DNA of 20,000 nucleotides from the IMG/VR virus record IMGVR_UViG_3300042273_000539; one strand, 5' to 3'. This document shows, piece by piece, positions 4,828 through 14,496 of this stretch (within the stretch, counting starts at the first letter, position 1; each line of letters begins with the position of its first letter). The position numbers and the translations under genes were made by a program. The stretch is from an uncultured virus (IMG/VR IMGVR_UViG_3300042273_000539). Taxonomy: Duplodnaviria > Heunggongvirae > Uroviricota > Caudoviricetes. The notes under the pieces were generated by a model, which saw only the letters and a program-made list of their open reading frames with translations, was not told the origin of the DNA and made no database searches.

Positions 4828-7800
4828 TCAACCGCAAGTAGAATATCCACAACTGCTACAAACCGTACAGCCACCCTCAAAAACCATAGTTCCACCACAT
4901 TCAGGGCATTCTGCTTTATTAGAAGAAATCATTTCTCCATCAGGTATATAATACTTCAATACCCTCGCAATGGCTTTTTGGAACGTCCCAAACTTCTTTA
5001 CTTTATTCATCTGTGCGACAATAAACTCCAATGGAACTTGATGCCTCATCAATAAAGAAAGCAATCTACACATAGAAGCATAATCATCATTAAACACCTC
5101 TGCTAAATTTTCTACTACTATCTTACTTCGCTTGCCTTCAATAAGCAAATCATATCTACTGGCTTTTTCAGCACCATCATATACCTTAACAATACTACCT
5201 TCTTTAAATCTCTTTAAATCAACTATATCATCATGATTATCTGTATAGAAGATTTCATATGGTGCGTTATTGTAAGGTGAATCTGGATTTTTACCAACTA
5301 GGACAATAACAGGTTCTTTATTAACTGTAATATCATAGATATCGCAAGGCAAGCTTTCTGGACGTTTCATAGCATTTTTCAATACCTCAATATTTCTCCA
5401 TCCATCATCTTTCTTTGTAGAAAGAATACCATCCATAGAAGCACCTTCATGAAAAGAAGTAACTCCCTTCAATCCCTTTTTCCAGGAATACATGAATATA
5501 TCTTTATATTGCTCTAGTGTAGTTTCAAAAGGCATGTTAATGGTTTTACTGATACTGTGGTCTATCCAGTATTGAAGTGCTGCCTGTATATCTATTCCTT
5601 CTGTAATAGATACATTATGGGATACCACTACATAATCAGGAAGATCATTTCCTTCTTTGTATCCTGCGTACTCTATGTATTCCAGCCATCCATCATCATA
5701 TACAGTTTGTGTTTTTGTGGTATCATCATCCTGTCTTATAGACCTATCATACTGCAAAGAGAAAATAGGCTCAATACCAGAAGAACAGTTATTTCCCAAA
5801 GACAAAGAAGTGGTGTTATGACTAACATATGAATTTGCAATATAAGTTCTTCCGTCTGGAACTTCCAAGTCTAAAGTGTAATTATTACTATCGCTTATAG
5901 CAACAACTTCATCAATAAACAATCCCTTTCCAAAATAATCATTAAGATAATCTACTTTCTCTTTTAAATCTTTTTTAATATATCTCTTTGCTCTCTCTTC
6001 TCCGATAGAGCCATATTTTTTCCAATAAATCCTGTAAGATAAATTGTTTGAATAGCTACCTTCATCAAGAGATTTATCATAAACTGAAATAGATGAATTA
6101 ATACCTACTGCTCTCATTATAATAGCTAATTGTTGAGCATTTTTTTCGGAATAAGTATCAATATACATTGTCCCTCTGCTGCTTGAACCATCACCATAAA
6201 AATATCCATCAATATAAGAAAGGATACTTTCTTTAGAAGATAATCTTACTGCTTTTGGAATTTCTATTCCTAATGCTTTATTTTTTATTAATCCATTAAT
6301 TTCTAAAAAGTTAAGTAATCTTTGAGAAGAAATATACACACTGTCACAATTTTTACCATTATCAACAACTTTAGAATTCCAATTAAATAAATTCTTAATC
6401 AGTTCAACAACTTCTATTGATTCATTTGTTAAATGATTTAAGTTAATTCTTATGCCTTTGTTGTGAGTGCTACCATCTGCATTATAAAGTCCTAAAAAGA
6501 AAGCAAATTCAGCGGTAATCTCTTCCGGTAATCTTATATCTTTTTCATTAGGGTGTTTTGCATAATCTGGAAGTATAAGCCGTTTATTATCTTTCTTTTC
6601 ATATCCTCCAATTTTATAAACTATATTATCTCCAACAGATAGGTCTTCAAGTTTCTTCCAGTCAAACGAAGTTCCATTTAACACTTTAAACTTATGATTT
6701 GGAGTTCCTTCTAAATTTACACCACTCTTTGTAGATATTTTTTTAGTAGGTTTAAATCCATTTATAAAAGTATTCCTTATTCCTTCGTACTTTTCATATT
6801 CGTTTAATGCTCCAAGATTTTCTTGTGGTATCCAAGTTCCATCTTCATAGTTTTTATAATTAGGAATTAATTCTTCCAATGTGTATAAACCATCGTTAGT
6901 TGATACAATACTTTCTGGAACAAGACATCCGGTTGGTGCCGTGGTTAATATACCAATGTTTCTTAACCCGACTTCTTGAATTCTTTTCTGTGTTCCTTCA
7001 CTTAACCTTGTAATAAATCCAGAATGCCCAATATGACTATCATAAGCAGGAAACGAGCCTTTTTGTAATGCTAAATCAACAGAAGCATTATACGCACTTT
7101 CTGCTAGGACATTTCCCATTTCATATACAAAATCTACACTTTCTTTACTTCCATATCTAATCTTTAATTTCAACAAAGCATCGCCAAGTCCTGTAATTCC
7201 AAGACCAATCCTTCTCCATGCTTTTGATATTTTCTCAATTTTTTCAAGAGGATAATCAGTAGCATCCAAGACATTATCCAAGAACCTTACTCCAAGTCTT
7301 GCCATGTTTTTAAATTCTTCCCAATCAAATTCTGCATTCTCTGTAAATTGATTTTTTACCAATTTAGAAAGATTGATAGAAGATAGACAGCAAAGAGAAT
7401 AAGAAGGCATTACGATTTCCATCAGTTATTGTTAAGCTCTTTATCTTAACTCTCCGATTTTCACCGGAGTGTCGGACTATATCTTCACCCATAATATGGG
7501 GCAGGGCGCTCGTGGGAAAATTACCTACCGTTCTGGTATCGTTTCCTAGTCTCTGAACCTTGCAGAGTATTCCTACTCTACCTTGGATGCTGATTAGCAT
7601 ATTCTTTTTCAAGAATTTAGCTTTCCAGCAGTTCACCCTGTTTTTTACTTGAGGCAAGATTATTTACCACAAGGATTGCATCTATCTACCTTAAAAGCGT
7701 GAGAAGCATTGTTTCCTGCTTCCACTGTATCAAGGAACAAAGCACCTGGCTCATTATACCACCAAGCCTGTTTAGTCATTCTTTCATACAAATCTTTTGC

Positions 7801-8580
7801 TCTTACAGTTTTATACACCTTTACTAAAATAAGATCTGTGTCGTCAACAGTATATCCTTGGTCTATACAATATTGTAAATCAAAGTTGTTTTTAACCCAT
7901 TTTGTTTTACAATTTTCTTCGCTTTCAAATTTCATAAGAGGGAATACCAAATCCCAGTCTTCATCATTTTCAACTGCTCTCATAAACTCATCAGTAATAC
8001 CTACTGAAATATTAAATTGAGTAAGTTTATTATTCTCTCTTCCTTTCTTATATTCAATAAATTCTTCAATATCTGGATGGTCTACATTAAGGATACAAAT
8101 GTGCGCCCCTCTACGACCACCTCCTGTATGTATAGCTTTAGCAGAAGTATCAAATACCTCTATAAAACTCATAACGCCAGAACTTTCTCCGCCTTTGCTA
8201 ATCAATGCGCCTTTAGGACGAAGTTTTGAAGCGTTAAATCCAACACCTCCACCCATTTGACCGATGATAGCATCTTCGCTTACTGGCCCATAAATGCCAG
8301 GCATTGAATCCTCTAAATCAATAGTAAAACAGTTGTTGTAGTTTTTCATTCTGGAATAAGGTCTAGCATTTGCCAATATTCTTCCCGCTGGGATAAATTT
8401 ACCAGAAATCATAGCTTGATAGAAATACTCTTGCCAAATGTTTTTTAAATTATCATCCGGTTCTACAGACGCTATTTCTTCTGCTACTCCTTTTAAGATT
8501 TCTTCTACTGTTTTTTCTCCGTGAAGAGCATATTTTCTAAAAAATATCTCCCTTGAAATATCCTGTTTAAATTCAAACAC
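4828..8580 (-). CDS. nrdJ: Class II (B12-dependent) ribonucleotide reductase; exon 1 8580-7666, exon 2 7419-4828; contains an intein (about 1168-aa precursor, about 797 aa mature)
   Basis: Motifs PAGRILANA, NCF, GGGVG, GGGRRGA, FNISV, EPG, joined NPCG^E, CCLSSINL, RRIGLGITG, TAPTG^T, SSGIEP, ISKTIN; C-terminal TSCPD-like region and CPECG...CSSCGYSTCG zinc ribbon; no beta subunit nearby. Confidence 0.93.
5815..6927 (-). mobile_element. Intein with LAGLIDADG homing endonuclease (371 aa) in NrdJ
   Basis: APTG|CLVPES...TPNHKF...LGLYNADGS...IDGYFYGDGS...DLEV...YIANSYVSHN|TTSL: Cys1, block B TxxH, two LAGLIDADG motifs, terminal His-Asn, +1 Thr. Confidence 0.96.
7420..7665 (-). ncRNA. Group I self-splicing intron (246 nt, probably subgroup IA2, no homing endonuclease)
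   Basis: 5' exon ends in U (GGU) and intron ends in G; P1 CUUGUGGU/GCCUCAAG with U-G pair; P3 CAGGGUG/CGCCCUG; P AACUGCUGGAAA, Q AAUCAGCA, R GUUCAGAGACUA, S AAGAUAUAGUCC; P9 CUCCGGU-GAAA-AUCGGAG; removal restores NPCGEI in frame. Confidence 0.95.
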
Positions 8581-8633
8581 TTTTTAAACTCCTTGTGTTC
8601 TATATATACGGTGTATCATATTTGAAAAAACAT

Positions 8634-8658
8634 AAAAAAACCCTACATGTAGTAGGGT
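8634..8658 (-). terminator. Rho-independent terminator upstream of nrdJ
   Basis: ACCCTAC-TACAT-GTAGGGT followed by a T tract on the minus strand. Confidence 0.8.
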
Positions 8659-8675
8659 CTATGTTTCCTACTTAT

Positions 8676-8942
8676 TTATACTGGGGAATTGTTTAAAAAA
8701 TCCTTTAATGTATAAACAAATAGCTCTCCTTCATCATCTTTATATATAATGTCGCCTTTATAGCAATTACTTGTTCCTTCTTTATTGGAAATCATATAGA
8801 AGCTTCCATCGTTATCACTATTAAATCTTTGAACTAAATCATTAAGCAATATAGCTTTCCCGTTAAGTTGTTCCAAAGAAAACCAAAGGGGTGGTGATTC
8901 ATAACCAAATCTAAAATACTTTTTTTCTTCTTTGTTTCTCAT
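8676..8942 (-). CDS. Hypothetical protein
   Basis: 88-aa ORF translationally coupled (TAATG) to the upstream gene. Confidence 0.75.
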   Translation of the reverse strand: MRNKEEKKYFRFGYESPPLWFSLEQLNGKAILLNDLVQRFNSDNDGSFYMISNKEGTSNCYKGDIIYKDDEGELFVYTLKDFLNNSPV

Positions 8943-9160
8943 TATTCTTCCTTATTCTTTATTAAAGTTTGATAAAATATTGTATCTTTAGGAGGTTTCA
9001 TAGGACGCTCTTTAGGGTCTAGTTGAAGAAATTTTTCCATTTCTTCTCTTATTTCCTTTTTAGAGAAGAATTTAGCTTTTAAGCCGATAGATTTAGCAAA
9101 TCGCTTCATTCTATACCTAAATATAAATTTATTAATTTTATCCTTAATATATTTCTTCAT
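8942..9160 (-). CDS. Small basic hypothetical protein
   Basis: 72-aa ORF in a tightly packed operon. Confidence 0.7.
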   Translation of the reverse strand: MKKYIKDKINKFIFRYRMKRFAKSIGLKAKFFSKKEIREEMEKFLQLDPKERPMKPPKDTIFYQTLIKNKEE

Positions 9161-9494
9161 ACTCTATGATTTCTAATCCATGCCTTATAGATAAATCTTT
9201 CATGCTCGCTGTTCCTCTACCATCAGGGAAAAGGATACAAACATTAGCATATTCAGCCATTTGTTTATTTCTTATAGGGCCAGCACTTTTACCATATTTA
9301 GCCCAGTTAGCTGGAAATGATTTTATTCTAATGTTCAATTCTTTTGCTATATCTTCACCAAATTTATCAGCCCCAGTACATCCACCACTTACTACTTCTT
9401 TTGCTTTAATTTCTAAAAGTTTTTCTTTTAACCAAGTTCTGTGCTTATCTAAAGGCGAGAAATCTCTTCCTCCAGCAACGATAACTTTTTTCAA
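9144..9494 (-). CDS. SLOG-superfamily protein (YspA/DUF2493-like)
   Basis: KVIVAGGRDF, VVSGGCTGAD and ANWAKYGKSAGPIRNKQMA motifs; AAGGAG RBS before a TTG start. Confidence 0.88.
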   Translation of the reverse strand: MKKVIVAGGRDFSPLDKHRTWLKEKLLEIKAKEVVSGGCTGADKFGEDIAKELNIRIKSFPANWAKYGKSAGPIRNKQMAEYANVCILFPDGRGTASMKDLSIRHGLEIIEYEEIY

Positions 9495-9497
9495 GTT

Positions 9498-9641
9498 TTA
9501 CTCCTTTTCAGGCTCTGGTTTTATTTGCAAACTTTTGATTATATTAGCCAAATCCCTCATAAGTGCTTTTGCTTCTTGAACTGAAACCTCAAAAGTTTGT
9601 CCGTCTTCTAATGTTATAGTAAGTTTATCTACTGCTACCAT
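9498..9641 (-). CDS. 47-aa hypothetical protein MVAVDKLTITLEDGQTFEVS...
   Basis: Manual translation; AAGGAG RBS; fills an operon gap. Confidence 0.7.
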   Translation of the reverse strand: MVAVDKLTITLEDGQTFEVSVQEAKALMRDLANIIKSLQIKPEPEKE

Positions 9642-9670
9642 ACTTTTCTCCTTTATGCTATATAAGATTT

Positions 9671-10024
9671 TTAAAAATCTTCACTAAAATAAATACAAGT
9701 ATTTTTACCAAATTTATTTTCTATAGCTTTTATCAAATCCCCAACAGCACCATAGGCAAGATCAAGTATTTCTTCTCTTTTTTCTTCGTCCTCTTCGTCT
9801 ATGGTATCCATAAATTCATCTGTTGTACTATATCCTTCTGTCATTATAGTATAAAATGAAACTAAATCCATGCCGTTAAAGTTATTAGATAAAGCAATAC
9901 TTCTTAAAAAATCTACTTGAATTTTATCAAGTTCTTCCAATACAGCCTCAAAATGTTCTTTTTTAGTAAACATAATAAAGCTACTGCTACTACTATTGCT
10001 TACAAAACCACTTCTAATTTTCAT
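9671..10024 (-). CDS. 'MKIRxGFVSNSSSSSF' family phage protein
   Basis: N-terminal motif shared with the upstream neighbour. Confidence 0.85.
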   Translation of the reverse strand: MKIRSGFVSNSSSSSFIMFTKKEHFEAVLEELDKIQVDFLRSIALSNNFNGMDLVSFYTIMTEGYSTTDEFMDTIDEEDEEKREEILDLAYGAVGDLIKAIENKFGKNTCIYFSEDF

Positions 10025-10370
10025 ATCTTTCCTTTAATTTTTTATCGCCCCTTTCTATAATTTCTCTTATGGAAGAACCTTCTCTATCTACCCAAACCTC
10101 TGGGCCAAACCTTGCTCTTCTGTAATGGCTTTCTTGTACAAATAAATAGCTCCATTGTCCTTCAAATTCACTTGGAAAGTATTTCCTAAAAGGTTCTAAA
10201 CGAGAAATCCATTTAGAAAACCGAAGGTGGTCTATCCCTACTCGTATATCAACATCTATATTATTTATACAAATATCCAAATAATCTAATATGTCTTCTG
10301 TAAGATGTTTTCTATGAATGATAAAACTACTGCTACTGCTATTGCTTACGAACCCATTTCTCATTTTCAT
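10014..10370 (-). CDS. 'MKMRNGFVSNSSSSSF' family phage protein (start revised to 10370)
   Basis: Motif aligns with the neighbour's N-terminus; ATG sits right after the phosphoesterase stop codon. Confidence 0.85.
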   Translation of the reverse strand: MKMRNGFVSNSSSSSFIIHRKHLTEDILDYLDICINNIDVDIRVGIDHLRFSKWISRLEPFRKYFPSEFEGQWSYLFVQESHYRRARFGPEVWVDREGSSIREIIERGDKKLKERYEN

Positions 10371-10371
10371 A

Positions 10372-11079
10372 TTATCTTCTGCCTGGCTCTTCTGGATAGA
10401 GGTCTTGCGAAAAATCAGACTGCCACCATTCATCAGTATCAATATCTACCAATGTAAGCTTTCCATTCCATCCTGCTCCTTGGTCTATATTCCAAAAATT
10501 TTGATATTGAAAAGGAGTAAAGTCTGGCAATTCTCTTGAAGTTTGGGTATGCCCTACAAATACTTTCTTATAGGGAAAAAGAGATATATCTTCATGTTGC
10601 CTTTTATCATAAGCAACAGTATAATACAAATCCCTATCCCACATAAGTTCATGTCCGGAAATGTTCATGAGGTCTTTTAGGTTTTCAGTATCAAAACAAC
10701 CGCCATGTATAAACGCCATACCATCTATTTCAAGATAATAAGGCATAGCTTGCAAAAAAGTTCCGTGTTTCTGTTGGGTAGCCCTGTCTATATCTTCATA
10801 AGATTTTATAGTAGCTGCTCCACCCTGCGAAACCCAAATATATTCTGCATTCCCACCCTTAAGCCAGTTAGATGCCCAGTAATCATGATTCCCTATTACT
10901 CCCAAGAAGTTAGGTAATTCCATAATATATGATATTACACTACTTGATTGAGACCATCCATCTACATAATCTCCAATACCAATGAGTAAATCTTCTTCTT
11001 TATTAAACCCTGCCCTTTCAAGAACCTGTATCATTCCTCTATAAGAGCCGTGTATATCACCTATTACAAATCGTCGCAT
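10372..11079 (-). CDS. Calcineurin-like metallophosphoesterase (lambda NinI-like Ser/Thr phosphatase family)
   Basis: GDIHG, GDYVD, GNHD, HGG, GHT and IDQG motifs. Confidence 0.92.
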   Translation of the reverse strand: MRRFVIGDIHGSYRGMIQVLERAGFNKEEDLLIGIGDYVDGWSQSSSVISYIMELPNFLGVIGNHDYWASNWLKGGNAEYIWVSQGGAATIKSYEDIDRATQQKHGTFLQAMPYYLEIDGMAFIHGGCFDTENLKDLMNISGHELMWDRDLYYTVAYDKRQHEDISLFPYKKVFVGHTQTSRELPDFTPFQYQNFWNIDQGAGWNGKLTLVDIDTDEWWQSDFSQDLYPEEPGRR

Positions 11080-11080
11080 A

Positions 11081-11257
11081 TTATTCTTCCTTATTTATTA
11101 TATCAAATCTTTCTATTTCATACTCTCCGTCTTTATTTTTACGCCAAACAGGAACAATTTCTTCTCTTGTTATATGTACTTTTTCTTTAGGTTTATGAAA
11201 CTTAAGCGGAGTATGAAGTTTATTATAAAATTTTTCTTCTATGTGTAAGTCATTCAT
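11081..11257 (-). CDS. 58-aa hypothetical protein MNDLHIEEKFYNKLH...
   Basis: Manual translation; fills the gap and stops 1 nt before the phosphatase ATG; weak RBS. Confidence 0.6.
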   Translation of the reverse strand: MNDLHIEEKFYNKLHTPLKFHKPKEKVHITREEIVPVWRKNKDGEYEIERFDIINKEE

Positions 11258-11283
11258 ATTCTGTTTATACTTTATATTTAAAA

Positions 11284-11787
11284 TTAGACAGTATCTTTTT
11301 CATTTTTTCTCTTTAACACAAAAGGATTGTCCTCTTCTTTTTTCTCTACTCTAAAACCACACCTCTGACACCAAATGGGTCCTGTGGGTTTCCTAAACTG
11401 GTCTATTCTTCCACTTCCACATTTAGGGCAACTAAAATAATAATATGGTGGTTCCACTGGATCTATGAAAAGACCTTCAGATGGATAATAGTTTTCTAAA
11501 ACTTCATCTTCTTCAAAAATATATAACTCTTGTGGTTCTTTAAAATCTATGGCTATACATTTATACAATGGATTTGCTTTTTTTAAAAGAGGAACTATAT
11601 GTTGTTTGTTATAGAGTATATTATCTCTTTCTTCTTTGCTTATTTTAGCTACTAAATACATAGCACCAAAATATACAAAATCTACAAAAGAACAGATATA
11701 ATCTGTGTTTTCCTTTTCTCCTTCTGCAAGCAGTAAGACGGGCAAATCGTAATACTCTAATGTTTTTGTAAAAATTATATTATCCAT
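11284..11787 (-). CDS. Hypothetical protein with LEYYDxP N-terminus (DUF6575-like, from recall) and C-terminal zinc ribbon
   Basis: 167 aa; CPKCGS...CQRCG. Confidence 0.75.
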   Translation of the reverse strand: MDNIIFTKTLEYYDLPVLLLAEGEKENTDYICSFVDFVYFGAMYLVAKISKEERDNILYNKQHIVPLLKKANPLYKCIAIDFKEPQELYIFEEDEVLENYYPSEGLFIDPVEPPYYYFSCPKCGSGRIDQFRKPTGPIWCQRCGFRVEKKEEDNPFVLKRKNEKDTV

Positions 11788-11788
11788 A

Positions 11789-12133
11789 TTACATCATTTC
11801 TATCATATTGTTATTATATCTCTGAAAAGATTTCATATAGTTTACCAAATCTTCTTTTTCATACTTGTCAAGTTCTTCTTCCATTAAACTTATATGTTCA
11901 TCAATGTAAGTAGTCATTACTGAATTTTTAATCTCTTTAACTCTCCAATTTCTGAAAATATACCCAGCTAAAAAAGGAGTAAAACATAAAACTACTAATA
12001 ATTCTATTATATTCCAAACACTTGCTGATGTTGATACTCCAGCATAAACAATCATAAAAATCAAAAATGTCATGAATATAATAGACATAATAAGGTCTCC
12101 AAACCTTTTTATAAAGCTAACAAACTTTCTCAT
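11789..12133 (-). CDS. Membrane protein with two predicted transmembrane segments
   Basis: Two hydrophobic stretches; start revised to ATG 12133 after AGGTGAGG. Confidence 0.75.
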   Translation of the reverse strand: MRKFVSFIKRFGDLIMSIIFMTFLIFMIVYAGVSTSASVWNIIELLVVLCFTPFLAGYIFRNWRVKEIKNSVMTTYIDEHISLMEEELDKYEKEDLVNYMKSFQRYNNNMIEMM

Positions 12134-12503
12134 ACAAATCCTCACCTTTTTCTTTTAACAACAGCAAACATTCTTCCAAATACATTTGATTATGCTCTGG
12201 AAAATATATTAATTCATTTTCTGGCATATCTTCACCTAATAAATCATGTGAAGTGCCAAGTATTTTACCACGATAGTTTATATCCCACCATTCTTTTGTT
12301 ATATTATACTCTCTTTTTGCCATTTCCATCATTACTAAAAAATGATACATGAATAAAGTAAAATAAGAATGAGTAAATACATAATCTACTGTGCTATGTT
12401 TTTTACCCCATCCTTTTCCTCTTAAAGCACAACATTCTCTATGTTGTCCTAAAAGCCTTTGTCTTGAAAGATAGGGTATCAATTTATAATGCCAAAGTCT
12501 CAT
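12117..12503 (-). CDS. TIGR02328-family / pyrimidine dimer DNA glycosylase (DenV)-like protein
   Basis: MRLWHxxLIPYLxRQxLLGQHRECCALRGxGWGKKHSTVDYVF signature. Confidence 0.88.
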   Translation of the reverse strand: MRLWHYKLIPYLSRQRLLGQHRECCALRGKGWGKKHSTVDYVFTHSYFTLFMYHFLVMMEMAKREYNITKEWWDINYRGKILGTSHDLLGEDMPENELIYFPEHNQMYLEECLLLLKEKGEDLYEKVC

Positions 12504-12943
12504 TATTTATTCTCTTTTAAATAATTCTCCAAGGCAACGGAAAGTTCTTGCACTTCTCCACCGTGGTCGCTCACAAACCACTTGCCATCTTTAAATAGAT
12601 ACTGATACTCAATCCACATACCTTTATTATTCCAAAAAACTGCTTCAGTTTTAGAGGTTCTTGTTCCTACCGTTCCCCAATCTTCGCCCCTATCTCTGTG
12701 ATAATAAATTGAAACTCCTTTTACTGGATTTTCGTATGAGTGCTCTTGCCCTGGTTCTGGCATAGTATTCTCATAAATAGCAGAAGCATCACCGAAAGCA
12801 ACAAGCAGTTTTACTTTTTCATCGGTATTGTGGCAATCCAACAAAGTCGCTCCTACGCCATCTAAATATCCATCCCAATGTGAGTAAATATATTCAACTT
12901 CTCCATTCTCTAAAACTACGCCAATATAACAACGTGTAGACAT
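12503..12943 (-). CDS. Conserved phage hypothetical protein (MSTR...YIYSHWDGY...YYHRDRGE)
   Basis: 146 aa, AAAGGAG RBS, own promoter. Confidence 0.85.
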   Translation of the reverse strand: MSTRCYIGVVLENGEVEYIYSHWDGYLDGVGATLLDCHNTDEKVKLLVAFGDASAIYENTMPEPGQEHSYENPVKGVSIYYHRDRGEDWGTVGTRTSKTEAVFWNNKGMWIEYQYLFKDGKWFVSDHGGEVQELSVALENYLKENK

Positions 12944-12963
12944 ATTATTCTCCTTTCCATTAC

Positions 12964-12992
12964 AGTATATATTTTTTTTACTTTTTAGTCAA
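12964..12992 (-). promoter_or_regulatory. sigma70-type promoter TTGACT-17-TATACT
   Basis: A-rich spacer resembling the array repeat; intergenic position. Confidence 0.8.
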
Positions 12993-13003
12993 TAAAATTT
13001 TAT

Positions 13004-13429
13004 TTATAGCTTGTCTTTCCACTTTTTGATATCTTCAAAAGCATATTTATTCAGTTCATCAATGAGCACAAACTGGTCTTTTGTAAAATGCCCAAATCCT
13101 ATTACTTTCTTGATTCTGCTTTTTGACCACAAAACCCTCATAGGAAAATCTCTTATGGTAGATATATCCACCCCATCTTCTTCTGACTTGTCAAGTACTT
13201 CTAAAATTCCTTGTAAGATATAACCAACAGTTGCTTGTCCTGAACCAAGTGGAGGAAAAGAAATTTCATATGGACTGATATTATAATTATCTATGGGAAT
13301 ACTAATTTGTGGAGTATTGTTAAAATGCCAAATTAAATCAATACGTATCCTACTACCATTAGCGTTAGTGGTGAGTAGTTCCTCTCCTACCTCTTTCTCA
13401 ATCTGTTCAAGTGTTTTAATTACTTTCAT
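13004..13429 (-). CDS. Hypothetical protein
   Basis: 141-aa ORF, GAGGAG RBS. Confidence 0.8.
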   Translation of the reverse strand: MKVIKTLEQIEKEVGEELLTTNANGSRIRIDLIWHFNNTPQISIPIDNYNISPYEISFPPLGSGQATVGYILQGILEVLDKSEEDGVDISTIRDFPMRVLWSKSRIKKVIGFGHFTKDQFVLIDELNKYAFEDIKKWKDKL

Positions 13430-13853
13430 TTCTTAACTCCTCTCTTATTTTCATAAGTAATTTCCCGAGATTATTTTCTCCCTTGCCTTCGTATACTCCC
13501 CAAAAGGTATCACGCCAGGTGTTCCCTTCAATGAGTATAGCGTTTCCAGTTTTTACCAATCTTTCTCCAAGAGCAGGAATTTGGGTAAATTTCGCCCGAA
13601 GAATGTTTTCCATTTCTTGGATTTTAACATCTTCCCAGTCTTTTCTTAATTTTACTTTTCTACCATACATTTTAGATTGACTTGGTTCAAAGTGAGAAAA
13701 ATTAATTTTATCCTCTTCATTGGCACACTTCTGGCATTGAAAAGCAGCTTCTGTACTGGTGAATTTTTGCCCTTTGTATACTATATCACAAGGATAAAAA
13801 TTACTTAAGAAAAAGTTCTTTTTTTCAAATTTGTCAATAATTCCGACTTTCAT
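13416..13853 (-). CDS. NADAR (YbiA-like) family ADP-ribosyl/N-glycosidase
   Basis: FLSNFY, STEAAFQCQK, GRKVKLRKDWE, KFTQ, LIEGNTWRDTFWG and GENNLGKLLMKIRE motifs. Confidence 0.93.
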   Translation of the reverse strand: MKVGIIDKFEKKNFFLSNFYPCDIVYKGQKFTSTEAAFQCQKCANEEDKINFSHFEPSQSKMYGRKVKLRKDWEDVKIQEMENILRAKFTQIPALGERLVKTGNAILIEGNTWRDTFWGVYEGKGENNLGKLLMKIREELRNESN

Positions 13854-13862
13854 TTAAATCTC

Positions 13863-14273
13863 CTATAAATGACATACGGTAATAGTAATGTCAACATCTT
13901 GAAATACTTCTTCTATAATCTCTCTTACTCTTCCCCATTGCAATCTATCTAAACCGCATCCTATTTTAGGCATAGCAACTTCTTTGATATTTAGTTGCAC
14001 AATTTGCCATTTCATTATTTCTAATGCTTTTCTTAAACTTTCATAAGTTGGTTTATTCCAGTATTTTTCTTTTGTAACCAAATTAAAAACATTACTCGTA
14101 AAAATACATTGAGGATATTTTCTATCTCCATTTTCTTTTAGGTATTGTTTTACTCTATATCTTTTAGAAACTTCTACTGCTATACCAGCGCCCATGGCAT
14201 AGTCCGCAGATATGCAGTGTGCTATAGGGCAAGTGTGGTTAAAAAGATTTTCCTTTTTTTCAATCAATTTCAT
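13863..14273 (-). CDS. Macrodomain ADP-ribosylhydrolase (TARG1/DarG/Poa1p-like class)
   Basis: AHCISADYAMGAGIA, FNLVTK, KPTYESL and MPKIGCGLDRLQW motifs. Confidence 0.92.
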   Translation of the reverse strand: MKLIEKKENLFNHTCPIAHCISADYAMGAGIAVEVSKRYRVKQYLKENGDRKYPQCIFTSNVFNLVTKEKYWNKPTYESLRKALEIMKWQIVQLNIKEVAMPKIGCGLDRLQWGRVREIIEEVFQDVDITITVCHL

Positions 14274-14495
14274 TTAATCATCCCAAATTTCCATTCCATC
14301 ATATGTCATATTTTCTATGTCATAATCATTAGCAAAAAGAATAGGGTTAGTAATGGCGAACTCTACTAATCCTTCTTCAAGAAATTTATCAGTTATTCCT
14401 TTACAAGCCTCTACACAAAGCATGATACGTTTTATCCCTATTCCGTTTATTAGTTTATATTCTTCGTAATGTTCTAAATCGTATTTATTTCCCAT
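14274..14495 (-). CDS. Hypothetical protein
   Basis: 73-aa ORF, GAGG RBS, abuts both neighbours. Confidence 0.75.
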   Translation of the reverse strand: MGNKYDLEHYEEYKLINGIGIKRIMLCVEACKGITDKFLEEGLVEFAITNPILFANDYDIENMTYDGMEIWDD

Positions 14496-14496
14496 A

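Noticed and set aside
7364..7657. 97-aa ORF as an intron-encoded homing endonuclease
   Set aside because: Runs through the conserved intron core (P, Q, R, S) and has no GIY-YIG, HNH or LAGLIDADG motif.
7660..8580. nrdJ as a pseudogene or natural two-gene split
   Set aside because: The gap is a well-formed group I intron whose removal restores NPCGE exactly.
8596..8611. NrdR box upstream of nrdJ (GTTCTATATATACGGT)
   Set aside because: Single imperfect copy with a mismatch at a conserved position; likely chance in AT-rich DNA.
2935..13008. T4-type late promoter TATAAATA at 2935-2942, 8673-8680 and 13001-13008 (minus strand)
   Set aside because: A few matches are expected by chance at this AT content, two overlap gene ends, and there is no evidence for a gp55-type sigma factor in the window.
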